From positions 247-64,246 of the IMG/VR virus record IMGVR_UViG_3300009095_000017: a DNA stretch of 64,000 nt; one strand, written 5' to 3'. Each line of letters starts with the position of its first letter. The first letter of the stretch is position 1. Position numbers and translations under genes: made by a program. The notes under the pieces are model-generated. The model made no database searches and had not been told where the DNA came from. It was given only the letters and a program-made list of their open reading frames with translations. This DNA is from a virus (lineage: Duplodnaviria; Caudoviricetes). Positions 38,632-48,685 of the stretch are shown in pieces.

Positions 38632-39594
38632 TCAGATCAGGTGTTGCGGATAGTTGTCATGGTCGTAACCTTCCTCGGTGGGGAAGCGACCGCGACCGTC
38701 CATCCAAACCAGTTGCACCATGCGTTCCGGTTTCAGACCCGGCAAGCCTTCGAAGGTCATGTCGAACTTCACCGCCAGCGTTTCCATCGGCACATCGATC
38801 ACCAGGATCTCCGTGGACACGATGGAGCCAGCTTCCCCGTCTTCCGGAGTCAGCTCCAGTGTGTACTTCTGACCGACGGTGAAGCGCTCGCCTTTCAGCT
38901 GACGGTCCATGAAGTCGCTAACCATGGTTTGCAGGAACGCCATGGGTACGCCCTCGGCCGCCATGCCAATCGCACAGAGCAGTTCAGGGTGCAGTTCTCG
39001 ACTGGTCATCGAGTAGCAGAAGCGATGGCCATCGGCATCACCCAGAACGCCCATCATGGTGTAGCCATTTTCTGCGATACGCTGGGTGATGATTTCGCGG
39101 ACCTCGTCGACCTTTTCAGACTTGGTAGCAGCGCGCTTGTAGACGAACTGCGGGAAGGTCGACTGGAGGTACTCCACGTCGCCGGGGAATTTCGCCTCGG
39201 CATCCGACCACAGTACTTGCAAGTAAGTGTGGTTGGCTTCGGCGTCTTCCGGGTCAGTGTCGTTGTTCAGCACATCGAATTCCTCGGTGGGCTGGCAACG
39301 CTGTACGACCTTCTTGTTACCGGGGACCACTTCAACCAGCTGGTCGATCGACAGACCCGCTTCACTACCAGCTGCTTCGATCATGATCAACAGCCGCTGG
39401 ATACGAATTTCTTCGTTCATGCCCGTGATGACCATTTCCGGCAGGCCCAGCTCGCTCAGACCCTTGGTGTAGGTCTGTTCCATTTCCATTTCAAGTTCAG
39501 CCGGGACCGGCGTGGTGTGGAACTCGATCACATGACCGGCAATGGTCCTGGTGGTGAATTCAATCAGCTCTTCTTCGCGGTTAATGTCTTGCAT
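38632..39594 (-). CDS. Tandem DUF4262-like domain protein
   Basis: Two related halves: YTKGLSELGLPEMVITG...LQVLWSD...FP and YSMT...HPEL...VQLVWMD..GRFP. Confidence 0.6.
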   Translation of the reverse strand: MQDINREEELIEFTTRTIAGHVIEFHTTPVPAELEMEMEQTYTKGLSELGLPEMVITGMNEEIRIQRLLIMIEAAGSEAGLSIDQLVEVVPGNKKVVQRCQPTEEFDVLNNDTDPEDAEANHTYLQVLWSDAEAKFPGDVEYLQSTFPQFVYKRAATKSEKVDEVREIITQRIAENGYTMMGVLGDADGHRFCYSMTSRELHPELLCAIGMAAEGVPMAFLQTMVSDFMDRQLKGERFTVGQKYTLELTPEDGEAGSIVSTEILVIDVPMETLAVKFDMTFEGLPGLKPERMVQLVWMDGRGRFPTEEGYDHDNYPQHLI

Positions 39595-39616
39595 TACATG
39601 CTCCTAAACTACAGGG

Positions 39617-40357
39617 TTATTGACGCTCGGCAACGGTGATGTCGACGAACGGGAATGCTTCGTTCAGCGCCGACTGGATTTCAGCAACAATGGCCACGGT
39701 ATCGAGATCGATATCGGACTCATTGTAGCTCATCACGTAATCGTTGACAGTGCCATTGATTGCGATGATCAGCTTGAGCCCTTCGCGTCTCTTTGCCATC
39801 CACGGGGCATTCATGTTAGTATAGAATGGCGACGGATGGTGAGTGGAGTTCTCAAGTTCCGAGTACTGGCGCTTTACGGCCCACGAGTACGACTTCAGGT
39901 TCACGCTGTGACCATACTCGGGGGTATGGCTAATCGACAGGGAAAAACCACGCTGGTCTCGGGCACGTGGCGGTTGAGCGATGTACCTCGTCAGAGAGAA
40001 TGCTTCACGGAAGTTTTCATCGCTATCGATGCGGCCATGACGGGGTCCTGGTTGACCGAAGTACACGGCACCGTTAGGAGTGTCGATAAACAGACCCATC
40101 CCGTGAAGCCACTCGTTGAATGCCATGTCAATGGATACGGGGTCCAAATCGTCAAGCTCGAAGCTGCTACGGTCCAGATGGACTGCGAACTTTTCGGTAT
40201 AGACGACTTCGTGACGCATCGCCGAGACAGACAGGGTATGAACATGGATCAGATCTTTGAGAGTCCTGACCGTGATTTTCCGGTTGAAGCTGACCTTGGC
40301 ATCGGTACCGGGGATGGTGAATTCTTGACCGTCAAGAATGGCACGGATGGAAGACAT
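39617..40357 (-). CDS. Hypothetical protein
   Basis: 246-aa ORF with gagg RBS. Confidence 0.6.
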   Translation of the reverse strand: MSSIRAILDGQEFTIPGTDAKVSFNRKITVRTLKDLIHVHTLSVSAMRHEVVYTEKFAVHLDRSSFELDDLDPVSIDMAFNEWLHGMGLFIDTPNGAVYFGQPGPRHGRIDSDENFREAFSLTRYIAQPPRARDQRGFSLSISHTPEYGHSVNLKSYSWAVKRQYSELENSTHHPSPFYTNMNAPWMAKRREGLKLIIAINGTVNDYVMSYNESDIDLDTVAIVAEIQSALNEAFPFVDITVAERQ

Positions 40358-40432
40358 GGCATTACCTCGTTATCTATTTTGGTTGCAGGGTTAAAAGGGA
40401 CAGGAAAACCCGCCCCTGTAAAGGATGGATTG

Positions 40433-41167
40433 TTAGTTGTTTTCGACCGGAATGATTTCGATGGTCAGGCCGAGACGGGAACCATAGTCACGAAGGTCTT
40501 GGTTCATGGCCGGCAGCAGGGCTTCGATATTGGGCTGGAAGGGACGAGGGAACGGGGAGTTCACACCGAAATCCAGCGGCACCGTGCCAGGAACGCCAGA
40601 AATGCGCAGGTGATATTTTTCATTTTCCGGCGATGTACCGAACGCTTTAAGACCGCGATTGATGGTGTTGACTCGAATCGATCCGCGAATGTAATTAAAC
40701 GTCGGGGTGTCCTGTTCGAAGCCGATCGTGAAATACGGTGCGGTCAGGCTGGCGCAACTGTAGGTCAGGGTCCCGAAACGATTGGTGTACTCACTCAGGC
40801 GGAATGCCAGTTTGTCATCGCCATCGTCTTTCCCGGCGTCTTGCGGCACATAACGCATCCCACTGTGACGATTGGGAATGAGCTTCACACCGTGTTCGGC
40901 CAGTTTGGAATTGAACGCCATGTCAAACGCCATCCAACTGTAATTGTAATTGCCTACGAACTTTTTGGATGTATCGGTGATCTCGACCGAGAAGAAAACC
41001 TCCTCGGTGTAAATCGCCCCCTCCCATTCTACCCCGAGTTCCAGAGAAAACAACGGAAACTCAGAGAAGCTGGCCACTTTCGCATCATTGGGGTAGTACT
41101 TGATGGTAAAGTGCTCGCCTTCGACCTTGAAACCTTCCATCAGTTCGAGAACGGTGATTCTGGACAT
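40433..41167 (-). CDS. Hypothetical protein
   Basis: Start MSRITV chosen on RBS grounds; promoter-like motif at 41263-41276. Confidence 0.6.
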   Translation of the reverse strand: MSRITVLELMEGFKVEGEHFTIKYYPNDAKVASFSEFPLFSLELGVEWEGAIYTEEVFFSVEITDTSKKFVGNYNYSWMAFDMAFNSKLAEHGVKLIPNRHSGMRYVPQDAGKDDGDDKLAFRLSEYTNRFGTLTYSCASLTAPYFTIGFEQDTPTFNYIRGSIRVNTINRGLKAFGTSPENEKYHLRISGVPGTVPLDFGVNSPFPRPFQPNIEALLPAMNQDLRDYGSRLGLTIEIIPVENN

Positions 41168-41329
41168 AATTCTAAAGCTCCTAAACAGGACATGGGATGA
41201 ACCTTCTTGCCAAAGGTTCGGTAAGGGAATATTAGCGAGGCAGCCTAGCTGCACTCAAATGTATAATGTGGATTTGTATATTTTTAGGATACGGCATAGA
41301 GGCCCTCCCGTCCTAGGGAGGGCCTTATG

Positions 41330-41818
41330 TCAGAGTAGGGCAGCTTGCTTACGATTGCGGTATTCCATTTCCAGCGTTCGCTTGAGTGGACATACCGTGG
41401 GCTTATCCTTACCAGTGACGATACGATACAGCGACACACCGGTATACAACGCATGTCGCTGACAGTCTTTGACACGGAGTACCTTCATGGCTTCGTCGAA
41501 GATGTCATCTGCTTCCTTACGAGAGATGGAACGGGCGGTACCGTTATCGACCACTTCGAGGTGCTCGCACAGGAAGTCATGCAGTACCACTGCTTGACCG
41601 TAGCGACCCCACGGTGGAAGGAATGGCCACAGGAATGACGGAATGGACGCGCCGTCACTCAGATAGCCTCGGGGCACATGCACCCAGACGTTATCTTCCT
41701 TCTTACCGACATAGTACGAAAACCCCGTGCAGCGCCAATAATCTTTACCCAGCAAGTCACTGGCACGGCGATCGTAAAAAATTCCTACCTCTGAATCGAA
41801 TGAGCTAAATGTAGACAT
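41330..41818 (-). CDS. DUF1353 family protein
   Basis: VP.GY.SDGASIP..LW..LPP.G.Y..A.V.HDFL...R.EAD..F.EAM. Confidence 0.8.
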   Translation of the reverse strand: MSTFSSFDSEVGIFYDRRASDLLGKDYWRCTGFSYYVGKKEDNVWVHVPRGYLSDGASIPSFLWPFLPPWGRYGQAVVLHDFLCEHLEVVDNGTARSISRKEADDIFDEAMKVLRVKDCQRHALYTGVSLYRIVTGKDKPTVCPLKRTLEMEYRNRKQAALL

Positions 41819-41901
41819 GGGCTGTTCCTTTAAACATGATCCCCCACATGATTTCAGAAATGCTATGATATTAACATAGTCGATTCTACTAGGTGGGAAT
41901 C

Positions 41902-42801
41902 ATGATCGAACTACTGACCATAGGGATGAGTGGCGTTCCTAGCCACGACCTGTTGCTGGAAGGCGTATTTGAACCAGTTGCACTTCCCAGTTTCTACCCG
42001 GACGTATCCTTCGGGGCCATTACTGTAGTAGATGGGATTCTTTATATTGGTTACTGGAATTCCTTCATTTCGTACAATCCAGCGTCGGGGGAATGGAAGC
42101 AGCTGGCCGATAACCCGAACGGTGGCATGCGCAGTGGTCTGACGGTCGCCCACGGTGGCTACATTTACGTCATCTCCGGTCAGGTCAGTCCAGCGAACAC
42201 AACGGCGACAGAGCTTGTTTCGCGCTACCACATTGAAACCAACGGGTGGGAAACATTCGGTACATATACTTCCTTACGCCGTAGCGGGGCCGTCGGCGTC
42301 TGGGGCAACGCTATCTATGTCTACGCCGGGATCACCGGGTCAAGCTCTGCCGGGCAGTCGAACAAGCTATTGAAATTGGACCTCTCAACCCGTGAGTTGA
42401 CAGAAGTCGGCACCTACGGGACTGTGCGTCACGGCTTGGCATTTGAACAAGTCGGACAGTACCTCTACGTCTTTGGGGGTGAATCACAGCGGTGGAATAC
42501 CCTTGACCGCCTGGACCTAGAAACGTTGACGTGGAAACGTTTGAGCAACGCACCTGTCGGTCGATCGTACTCGGGTCTAGGGGCTCGTGGTCGGTACCTC
42601 TACCTGGCCGGCGGATGGACGGGAGCAGCCAGTACCCGTGACTTCATAGCGTACGATACTGTCGAAGACACTTGGAAGGTGTTACCTCAGCTCCCTATTG
42701 CGATACATGCCACATTGGTCCGAGTGGTGAACGGACAATTGTTTATCGTTGGCGGGCAAACAGGCAATACCGCATTGAAATCGCTGTACTTAGTTGCTTA
42801 G
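41902..42801 (+). CDS. Kelch-repeat beta-propeller protein
   Basis: YIYVISG...RYHIETNGW; YLYVFGG...DLETLTW; YLYLAGG...YDTVEDTW. Confidence 0.85.
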   Translation: MIELLTIGMSGVPSHDLLLEGVFEPVALPSFYPDVSFGAITVVDGILYIGYWNSFISYNPASGEWKQLADNPNGGMRSGLTVAHGGYIYVISGQVSPANTTATELVSRYHIETNGWETFGTYTSLRRSGAVGVWGNAIYVYAGITGSSSAGQSNKLLKLDLSTRELTEVGTYGTVRHGLAFEQVGQYLYVFGGESQRWNTLDRLDLETLTWKRLSNAPVGRSYSGLGARGRYLYLAGGWTGAASTRDFIAYDTVEDTWKVLPQLPIAIHATLVRVVNGQLFIVGGQTGNTALKSLYLVA

Positions 42802-42802
42802 G

Positions 42803-42836
42803 GCATAGAGGGAGGGCCGAAGCCCTCCCTCTATGC
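42803..42836. terminator. Intergenic hairpin (15-bp stem)
   Basis: gcatagagggagggc-cgaa-gccctccctctatgc. Confidence 0.8.
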
Positions 42837-42969
42837 TCAGTCGGCGTTGCTGTCTTCAAAATAGCGAGGAGGGGTCAACATGACGAATAACAGCGACCCT
42901 ATTCCCGCCAGCATCGAAAAACCAACCACTCCGTAAATGAACATCTGCATGGTGTAACGAATTATCCTC

Positions 42970-43950
42970 TCAAGTCAGTTTGCGCTGTCTCGCCAAGTAT
43001 TCGATAAAGCCCTCGTGGTAATCACGCAGCTCAATGGGATCGTAGTATTCAGTGCCGAACTGCACACAGAATTCAAAGATACCGAAGTTGCCATTGCGGG
43101 TGACGAACAGGTCGATCGACGACATCGGCCCGATCACCGTCGCGGCCAGTTTGCTCAGGAGTGCCAACTGGCGCTTATTCAACTTGATGTCCGTCAGCTC
43201 AACGCGCTCTTCTTCGGCGGCGGCATCTGCGTACGCGTAGCCCTCCACCTCTTCCACCCGCTGACGTTTGTACACGTAACGGATCTCGCCGTTATAGCCC
43301 GTCAGCAAACGGTATTCGGCGGCGATGTCAGGAACGTACTGCTGGATACAAATGCCCTGATTATCCAAGCAATCCAGTCCTTCAACGCCCCCGTCACGCT
43401 CGCGACCCCGGTTGAAGCTGATCCCATCACCAGTCAGTTCAGCAAGCAACTCATCGTAGAGCACTTTACGGTCACCCTGACGGATCTTCACCAGCCGATC
43501 CCGTTGTCTGGAGCAGAAGGTTTCTACGCAGTGCTTGGTGCCGTCGACAATGAACTGTCCAATCGAGCGGGCGCCGTGCATCGGTTTGATGACGACCTTC
43601 TCCCGACGGTAGAACGGGCGATGGGCGTGTTGGTTGGAAAAGTCGATGGTGGCCAACTTGATGAAACTGGGGTAACGGGTCGAATCCACAGCGGCGTTAA
43701 CCAGCTGCGCTTGACTTTTCTTGCTGTAACGGGTCAGATCGAACACATTGGGCATTGGTTTGACCTTATCGCTGTCTTCGCCAATGTGACGCAGATACAG
43801 GTCATAGTTCGCCACCTCCTCGATGGCGTCACCGGCCGCTTGCGGGTCACTGTGAACCACATAGCGAACCCCATCGCGGGTCCACATCGCGCGAGCGTGG
43901 TGGAAGTTGGACATCATGTCCTTATCCAAGGCAACAACTACGGTTTTCAT
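42970..43950 (-). CDS. ATP-grasp (RimK-like) ligase
   Basis: VVIKP.HGARSIG, IQQYV...EYR, SIDLF......IFEF. Confidence 0.7.
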   Translation of the reverse strand: MKTVVVALDKDMMSNFHHARAMWTRDGVRYVVHSDPQAAGDAIEEVANYDLYLRHIGEDSDKVKPMPNVFDLTRYSKKSQAQLVNAAVDSTRYPSFIKLATIDFSNQHAHRPFYRREKVVIKPMHGARSIGQFIVDGTKHCVETFCSRQRDRLVKIRQGDRKVLYDELLAELTGDGISFNRGRERDGGVEGLDCLDNQGICIQQYVPDIAAEYRLLTGYNGEIRYVYKRQRVEEVEGYAYADAAAEEERVELTDIKLNKRQLALLSKLAATVIGPMSSIDLFVTRNGNFGIFEFCVQFGTEYYDPIELRDYHEGFIEYLARQRKLT

Positions 43951-43954
43951 TCTT

Positions 43955-44167
43955 TTACTGCTCCTTGGTTAAACAACTTTTGCACAAACACTGGTCGCCT
44001 TCAAACGCAGAAGGCGCCGTTGCGGATTTCTCAACCGTCATGCACCAACATAAAGACCCCGACTTACCAGCTTCGATAGCGCAGTAAGTCGGAGTTTTAC
44101 ATGACGGGCAGTTATGCGTACCTACCCGTCCACTGATGCGGTTGAGAACGTCTTGATGCGTTCCCAT
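43955..44167 (-). CDS. Cysteine-rich CWC-family small protein
   Basis: CPSC....C......CWCM...CLCKSCL. Confidence 0.75.
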   Translation of the reverse strand: MGTHQDVLNRISGRVGTHNCPSCKTPTYCAIEAGKSGSLCWCMTVEKSATAPSAFEGDQCLCKSCLTKEQ

Positions 44168-44178
44168 ACCGTCTCACC

Positions 44179-44979
44179 CTAGCCGCACTTGGAGCTGCCG
44201 CAATCCAGGCACGTCGGGCAGCCGTCGCGCAGAACCAGATCGCCATCGCAACCCTGCTCCGTGCACTTGCCGACCACCGCACCCTTCGACGCGGATGACT
44301 TGGTTGCGGACGTTTCGCCCTGCTGGTCACCATACGCCTTGACCGGCTCTTTCGCCGCTTCGACCGGTTCCGGTTCGAATTCATCGACCGTGATAGATTC
44401 GATGAACTTTACCGAATTCGGGTTGACTTCGCCGTTTTCATCGAGGAAGCCATACTTGAAAAGGCTCTGTTGGATTTCCCATGCGATAGCCGCAACTTCC
44501 GAATCGTGGTTCATCGGAATGGGCTTACCCATCGGATTGGACTTGATCCCGCAACGCACCAGACCACGATCCCACTTGACCTTACGGGCATCGATCAGAC
44601 CCTTGGCCACGTTGTAACCGTTTTCTCGGGCATTGAGCGACAGCTGACGCATGGCCATGGTGATCCACTGACCATCGCTGGACAGCTGACCGTTCGGGAT
44701 GAAGAACTCGATCGGACGATCGACAAGCACCATCTTACCGTCCTTGCGACCTTCCACGGTTGCAAAGGAGATGATCAGGTAGAGGTTCTTGCGACCTTCC
44801 TGGGTGTGGTAGCTGATCTTCTTCGAGATCGCCGGTAGCTCACCGACCGGGCGAGAGTCCAGACGGACACTGAGCGGATCGATGTCGGACAGTTGGTGTT
44901 CTTCTACCATCGGCGCTTCGATCGCGGCGGCCTTGACGTGCTGGCCAACGATCTTTTCTTTGATTTCAATGACGGACAT
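44179..44979 (-). CDS. nrdJb: Class II ribonucleotide reductase small chain (NrdJb/TSCPD-like)
   Basis: RP.EIF-like motif (RPIEFFI) and C-terminal C..C...L....GC..C.DCG.SKCG; follows nrdJa. Confidence 0.75.
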   Translation of the reverse strand: MSVIEIKEKIVGQHVKAAAIEAPMVEEHQLSDIDPLSVRLDSRPVGELPAISKKISYHTQEGRKNLYLIISFATVEGRKDGKMVLVDRPIEFFIPNGQLSSDGQWITMAMRQLSLNARENGYNVAKGLIDARKVKWDRGLVRCGIKSNPMGKPIPMNHDSEVAAIAWEIQQSLFKYGFLDENGEVNPNSVKFIESITVDEFEPEPVEAAKEPVKAYGDQQGETSATKSSASKGAVVGKCTEQGCDGDLVLRDGCPTCLDCGSSKCG

Positions 44980-45006
44980 GTTAGATCCTAGCTAAACAAC
45001 TGTTGA

Positions 45007-47091
45007 TTAAAACTTGCCGTAGTAACCTTCTTTGAGCGCATCAAAGAGGTTAGCAGCTTTATGCTCTTGGCCTTCGTAGACGATGACATCGCTGCCACGG
45101 GCTTCGATCTTCTCACCGTTCTTCAGCTCGAAGACGTAGACGGTATTGTCCAAGTCCTCTTGTTTGACCAGTACACCTTGGAAGGCTTCCGGGTTGAAGC
45201 GGAACGTGGTGCAACCCTTCAGGCCCTTCTGGTACGCGTACAGATACAGATCCTTGAACTGCTCGTACGGGTAATCGGTGGGGACGTTGATGGTCTTGGA
45301 GATCGAGCTGTCCACCCAGTATTGGGCAGCGGCCTGTACGTCGACGTGCGCTTTCGGGTCAATGGTACTGGCATCGACACAGCTAGCGGGCAGATCGGCC
45401 GGAGTGGCATCCGACTTGATGAAGTGACGGTACGCCAGCAGTTCAAACGAGGTCACTTCGACCTGTTCCTTGGTGTTCTTACCCTTCACGATCACGTTAC
45501 GCATGTAGGAGTGCGCAAAGCTCGGCTCGATGCCATTAGAGGCGTTATTGCCAAGCGACAGGGAGATAGTACCGGTCGGGGCGATCGACGTGTGGTGCGA
45601 GAAACGAGAGCCGTGCTTGGCCAGTTCTTTCACCAGTTCGGGATCGACATCCGCGATGCGCTGCATGTACGGGCTCAGAGTAAACAGAACAGCGCCGAAC
45701 TCGGTATCCCCTGCCTTGTAACCACGGGTTACCAGATAGGGATTTTGACGCAGGTGCTTCTCGGTGATTTCGAACAGTTCGTTCATCACCGGTGCCGGGC
45801 CTTTCTCTTTGGCCAGTTCCAGACCTTCTGCCCAGCCGACCATGGCCATTTCCTTCGTGACCTCAGCGGTGAACTCGACCGACTTCTCATCACCATACGC
45901 CATACCCAGCATGGCCATACTGGAGCCCAGACCCAGGTAACCCATGCCGTGACGACGCTTGTGGAAGATTTCTCGACGTTGACCTTCAAGGGCCAGGCCG
46001 TTGATCTCGACCACGTTGTCGAGCATGCGGGTGAAGATAGCCACGACCTTTCTGAACCGTTCCCAGTCGAAGCGGGCAGACGGGGTGAAGGGGTCAATGA
46101 CGAACTTGGTCAGGTTGACCGAACCCAGCAGGCAGGAACCTTCCGGGGGAAGTGGTTGCTCTCCGCAAGGATTGCTAGCGCGGATGTTCTCGCAGAACCA
46201 CAGGTTGTTCATGTAGTTGACTTGGTCGATCAGGATGAAACCCGGCTCTGCGTAGTCGTAGGTGGAACGCATGATCAGGTTCCACAGTTCATCGGCCTTG
46301 ATGGTGGTAACCACTTCACACTTGACTCGGCCCTGTTCGTCCGTCTCGTACTCGGGCTCAATCACCGGCCAGTCACGGTAGATGACTTCCTTGACCGGGA
46401 TACCCTTGCGTGCCGGGAAGGCCAGCTTCCAGTCACCGCCGGTCTTCACGGCGTCCATAAACTCGTCGGTGATCAGCAGGCTCAGGTTGAACTGACGCAG
46501 ACGGCCATCTTCACGCTTGGCTTCGATGAACTCTTCTACGTCAGGATGGCTGACATCGAACGTACCCATCTGTGCACCACGCCGGCCACCGGCAGAGCTA
46601 ATGGTGAAGCACATCTTGTCAAAGATGTCCATGAAGGCCAGGGGACCATTGGTGCTGGAGCCAGCACCAGAGACGTACGCGCCACGGTGGCGCAGCGTCG
46701 AGAATTCGTAACCGATACCGCAACCGGCCTTCAGGGTCAGGCCAGAATCGTGAACCGACGTGAGGATCTGCGCCATGGAATCACGGATGGTGCGGGAGAC
46801 GGTGCAGTTGATCAGAGAAACAGCGGTCTTGTGATCGCTCGCACCGGCGTTCGAGGTGATGCGACCGGCAGGGATTGCACCATTTTGCAAAGCCCAGAGG
46901 AAAATCGGATAGTAGTGGTCAGGGTCGGCTTCGACGTCAGCGAGGGTGCGTGCAACGCGCTGGTAGGTATCCTCCATGGTCTGGTCGACCGGATTCCCTT
47001 GCGCGTCTTTCAGTCGATATTTGCTGTCCCAAATCTCGATGGACGTAGGCTGAAATGGTACGTCGGCAGCAATTGCCACGGCGGTGGACAT
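45007..47091 (-). CDS. nrdJa: Adenosylcobalamin-dependent (class II) ribonucleotide reductase, large chain
   Basis: IWDSKYRLKD, PAGRI.SNAG, SLINCTVS, NPCGEQPLPP..SCLLGS, SIAPTGTISL, SSISKTINVP, KGCTTFR. Confidence 0.9.
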   Translation of the reverse strand: MSTAVAIAADVPFQPTSIEIWDSKYRLKDAQGNPVDQTMEDTYQRVARTLADVEADPDHYYPIFLWALQNGAIPAGRITSNAGASDHKTAVSLINCTVSRTIRDSMAQILTSVHDSGLTLKAGCGIGYEFSTLRHRGAYVSGAGSSTNGPLAFMDIFDKMCFTISSAGGRRGAQMGTFDVSHPDVEEFIEAKREDGRLRQFNLSLLITDEFMDAVKTGGDWKLAFPARKGIPVKEVIYRDWPVIEPEYETDEQGRVKCEVVTTIKADELWNLIMRSTYDYAEPGFILIDQVNYMNNLWFCENIRASNPCGEQPLPPEGSCLLGSVNLTKFVIDPFTPSARFDWERFRKVVAIFTRMLDNVVEINGLALEGQRREIFHKRRHGMGYLGLGSSMAMLGMAYGDEKSVEFTAEVTKEMAMVGWAEGLELAKEKGPAPVMNELFEITEKHLRQNPYLVTRGYKAGDTEFGAVLFTLSPYMQRIADVDPELVKELAKHGSRFSHHTSIAPTGTISLSLGNNASNGIEPSFAHSYMRNVIVKGKNTKEQVEVTSFELLAYRHFIKSDATPADLPASCVDASTIDPKAHVDVQAAAQYWVDSSISKTINVPTDYPYEQFKDLYLYAYQKGLKGCTTFRFNPEAFQGVLVKQEDLDNTVYVFELKNGEKIEARGSDVIVYEGQEHKAANLFDALKEGYYGKF

Positions 47092-47211
47092 GAGAAACTC
47101 CCTCATGGTTGATCGGATAAAAATAAGAGCCGACGCTCTCGTGCACAGTATTGGAGAACGTCGATAAAAATAAAATGACAGCATATGGAGGAGGGTCGAC
47201 CCTCCTCCTAT

Positions 47212-47811
47212 TTATGCGGTTGGAGCGTTGATGTAAAGGAATTTGGCGTAATTAAAATTGACATGGCTACCGGCGGGACTGGCCTCGGTTTTATTGACAA
47301 AGAACGAACAGCATCGAGTTGCCGCCGGGCCGACCACACCACTTCCGCCGCACGGACCGCCGGAGTTGGCATGGGTCCAGAAGCCTACGTTGCCTTTATA
47401 ACGGCCTCCAGTTCCACCCCAGGCCATTTCATGCGGGTAGATGACCTTATCCCCAAGTGGAGTTTGCACTGGGAATTCCCGAGGGACAACAATCGTCTCA
47501 GCAGGTAGCATTTCTCCTATCTGCCATTCGCCAAACAGTTCGATCCATTTCGGGGTTTCATTCACATGTAACCATTTGGTCGAGCGGTTAATGAGCACCT
47601 CGTTGTCAATGACTGGATAGAGCGATTCATTGATCGTTCCGGAAATCAACGGCTGGCCGTTGACGAGAGACATCCATGGGATGTTACGACTGGTGCCCCC
47701 TTTGGTTACGGCCAATAAATAAAACGTCTCCCCCTCAACTGTTCTCGTGAATACGTCTTGGAATTCCACGGGGGTGGTTTTCCGAAGACACGCGATAAGT
47801 TGTTCGAACAT
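47212..47811 (-). CDS. Hypothetical protein with MFE-L N-terminal motif and Cys/His-rich C-terminus
   Basis: 199-aa ORF bounded by hairpins. Confidence 0.55.
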   Translation of the reverse strand: MFEQLIACLRKTTPVEFQDVFTRTVEGETFYLLAVTKGGTSRNIPWMSLVNGQPLISGTINESLYPVIDNEVLINRSTKWLHVNETPKWIELFGEWQIGEMLPAETIVVPREFPVQTPLGDKVIYPHEMAWGGTGGRYKGNVGFWTHANSGGPCGGSGVVGPAATRCCSFFVNKTEASPAGSHVNFNYAKFLYINAPTA

Positions 47812-48100
47812 GGTAGTCCTTATTGGCTAGGTTATAAGATTTCGGCATAAGAGGGAGGGCTTTGAGCCCTCCCTTTTATGCTTTATCGAATCGGAGAGAC
47901 GCTAGATTGAAGAAACTGTCTCATTCACATGCGATGCACGATCCGGTACGTAGGTTTCTTACAATGAGGGTCAATCCTAGCGGTCAACTGACCGCTGAGG
48001 CGATGGGACTCTAACCCACCGTGTCACGAGCTAGGTTGTTAAAGAGCACCAGCGGGTACATTTCTCATAACATACCCAATAACCGTGTTTTTAGTAACGG

Positions 48101-48682
48101 TTATTCTTGGACAGGCTCTTCTTCACCGCCTTCTTCGTCTCCACCTTCTTCAACTACCGGCAGTTCAAAGCCGTCCAGTTCAGACTTGGTGAACACTTCG
48201 CTCAGCGGGATACGACCGTCGAGGACGATGGTAACCGGAATCGAGCCGACGTAGACGAACGACTCGGCGGTAGCTTGCAGCGTGGCTACGAAGCGACCGT
48301 CAACGACGCCTTCGGTTTCGTCAGTCGGAACTTCGGTGATGTCGAACTCGACATCTTCCGGAAGCAGACCGGCAGCTTGAGCAGCGGCTTCCTTGATGGT
48401 TTCGAGGGTGTCGCCTTCTTGCAGGGTGTAAGAGACGGCCTCGGTGGCAATCGCTTCCAGAGCAAGACGGTTGTACTTGAAGGTGTATTCGCCGACGTAG
48501 GGGCCTTCAGCCACAGCGGTAGCCAGGACGCTGGTGTTAAACAGCGGATCTTCGCTCACTACTGCGGGAGTACCCAGAGTCACTTCGGCTTCGGTTACCG
48601 GAGCCAGATCGCTGCGAGTGGAATCGCGGTTGATCAGGGCGTACAGGTTTTCGAGGCCGGATTTGAGAATGTCAATATGCAT
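48101..48682 (-). CDS. Virion structural protein (acidic)
   Basis: IDI.KS.LENLYALIN...NT.V...Y.R..L module; paralogue of 49773-50351. Confidence 0.65.
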   Translation of the reverse strand: MHIDILKSGLENLYALINRDSTRSDLAPVTEAEVTLGTPAVVSEDPLFNTSVLATAVAEGPYVGEYTFKYNRLALEAIATEAVSYTLQEGDTLETIKEAAAQAAGLLPEDVEFDITEVPTDETEGVVDGRFVATLQATAESFVYVGSIPVTIVLDGRIPLSEVFTKSELDGFELPVVEEGGDEEGGEEEPVQE

Positions 48683-48685
48683 CTT

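Noticed and set aside
39620-41200. 526-aa + strand ORF
   Set aside because: Shadow spanning two real minus-strand genes and their hairpin-containing spacer.
45061-47112. 683-aa + strand ORF
   Set aside because: Antisense shadow of nrdJa.
47975-48090. Canonical tRNA gene
   Set aside because: The cloverleaf cannot be completed and there is no CCA; kept only as a tRNA-like finding.
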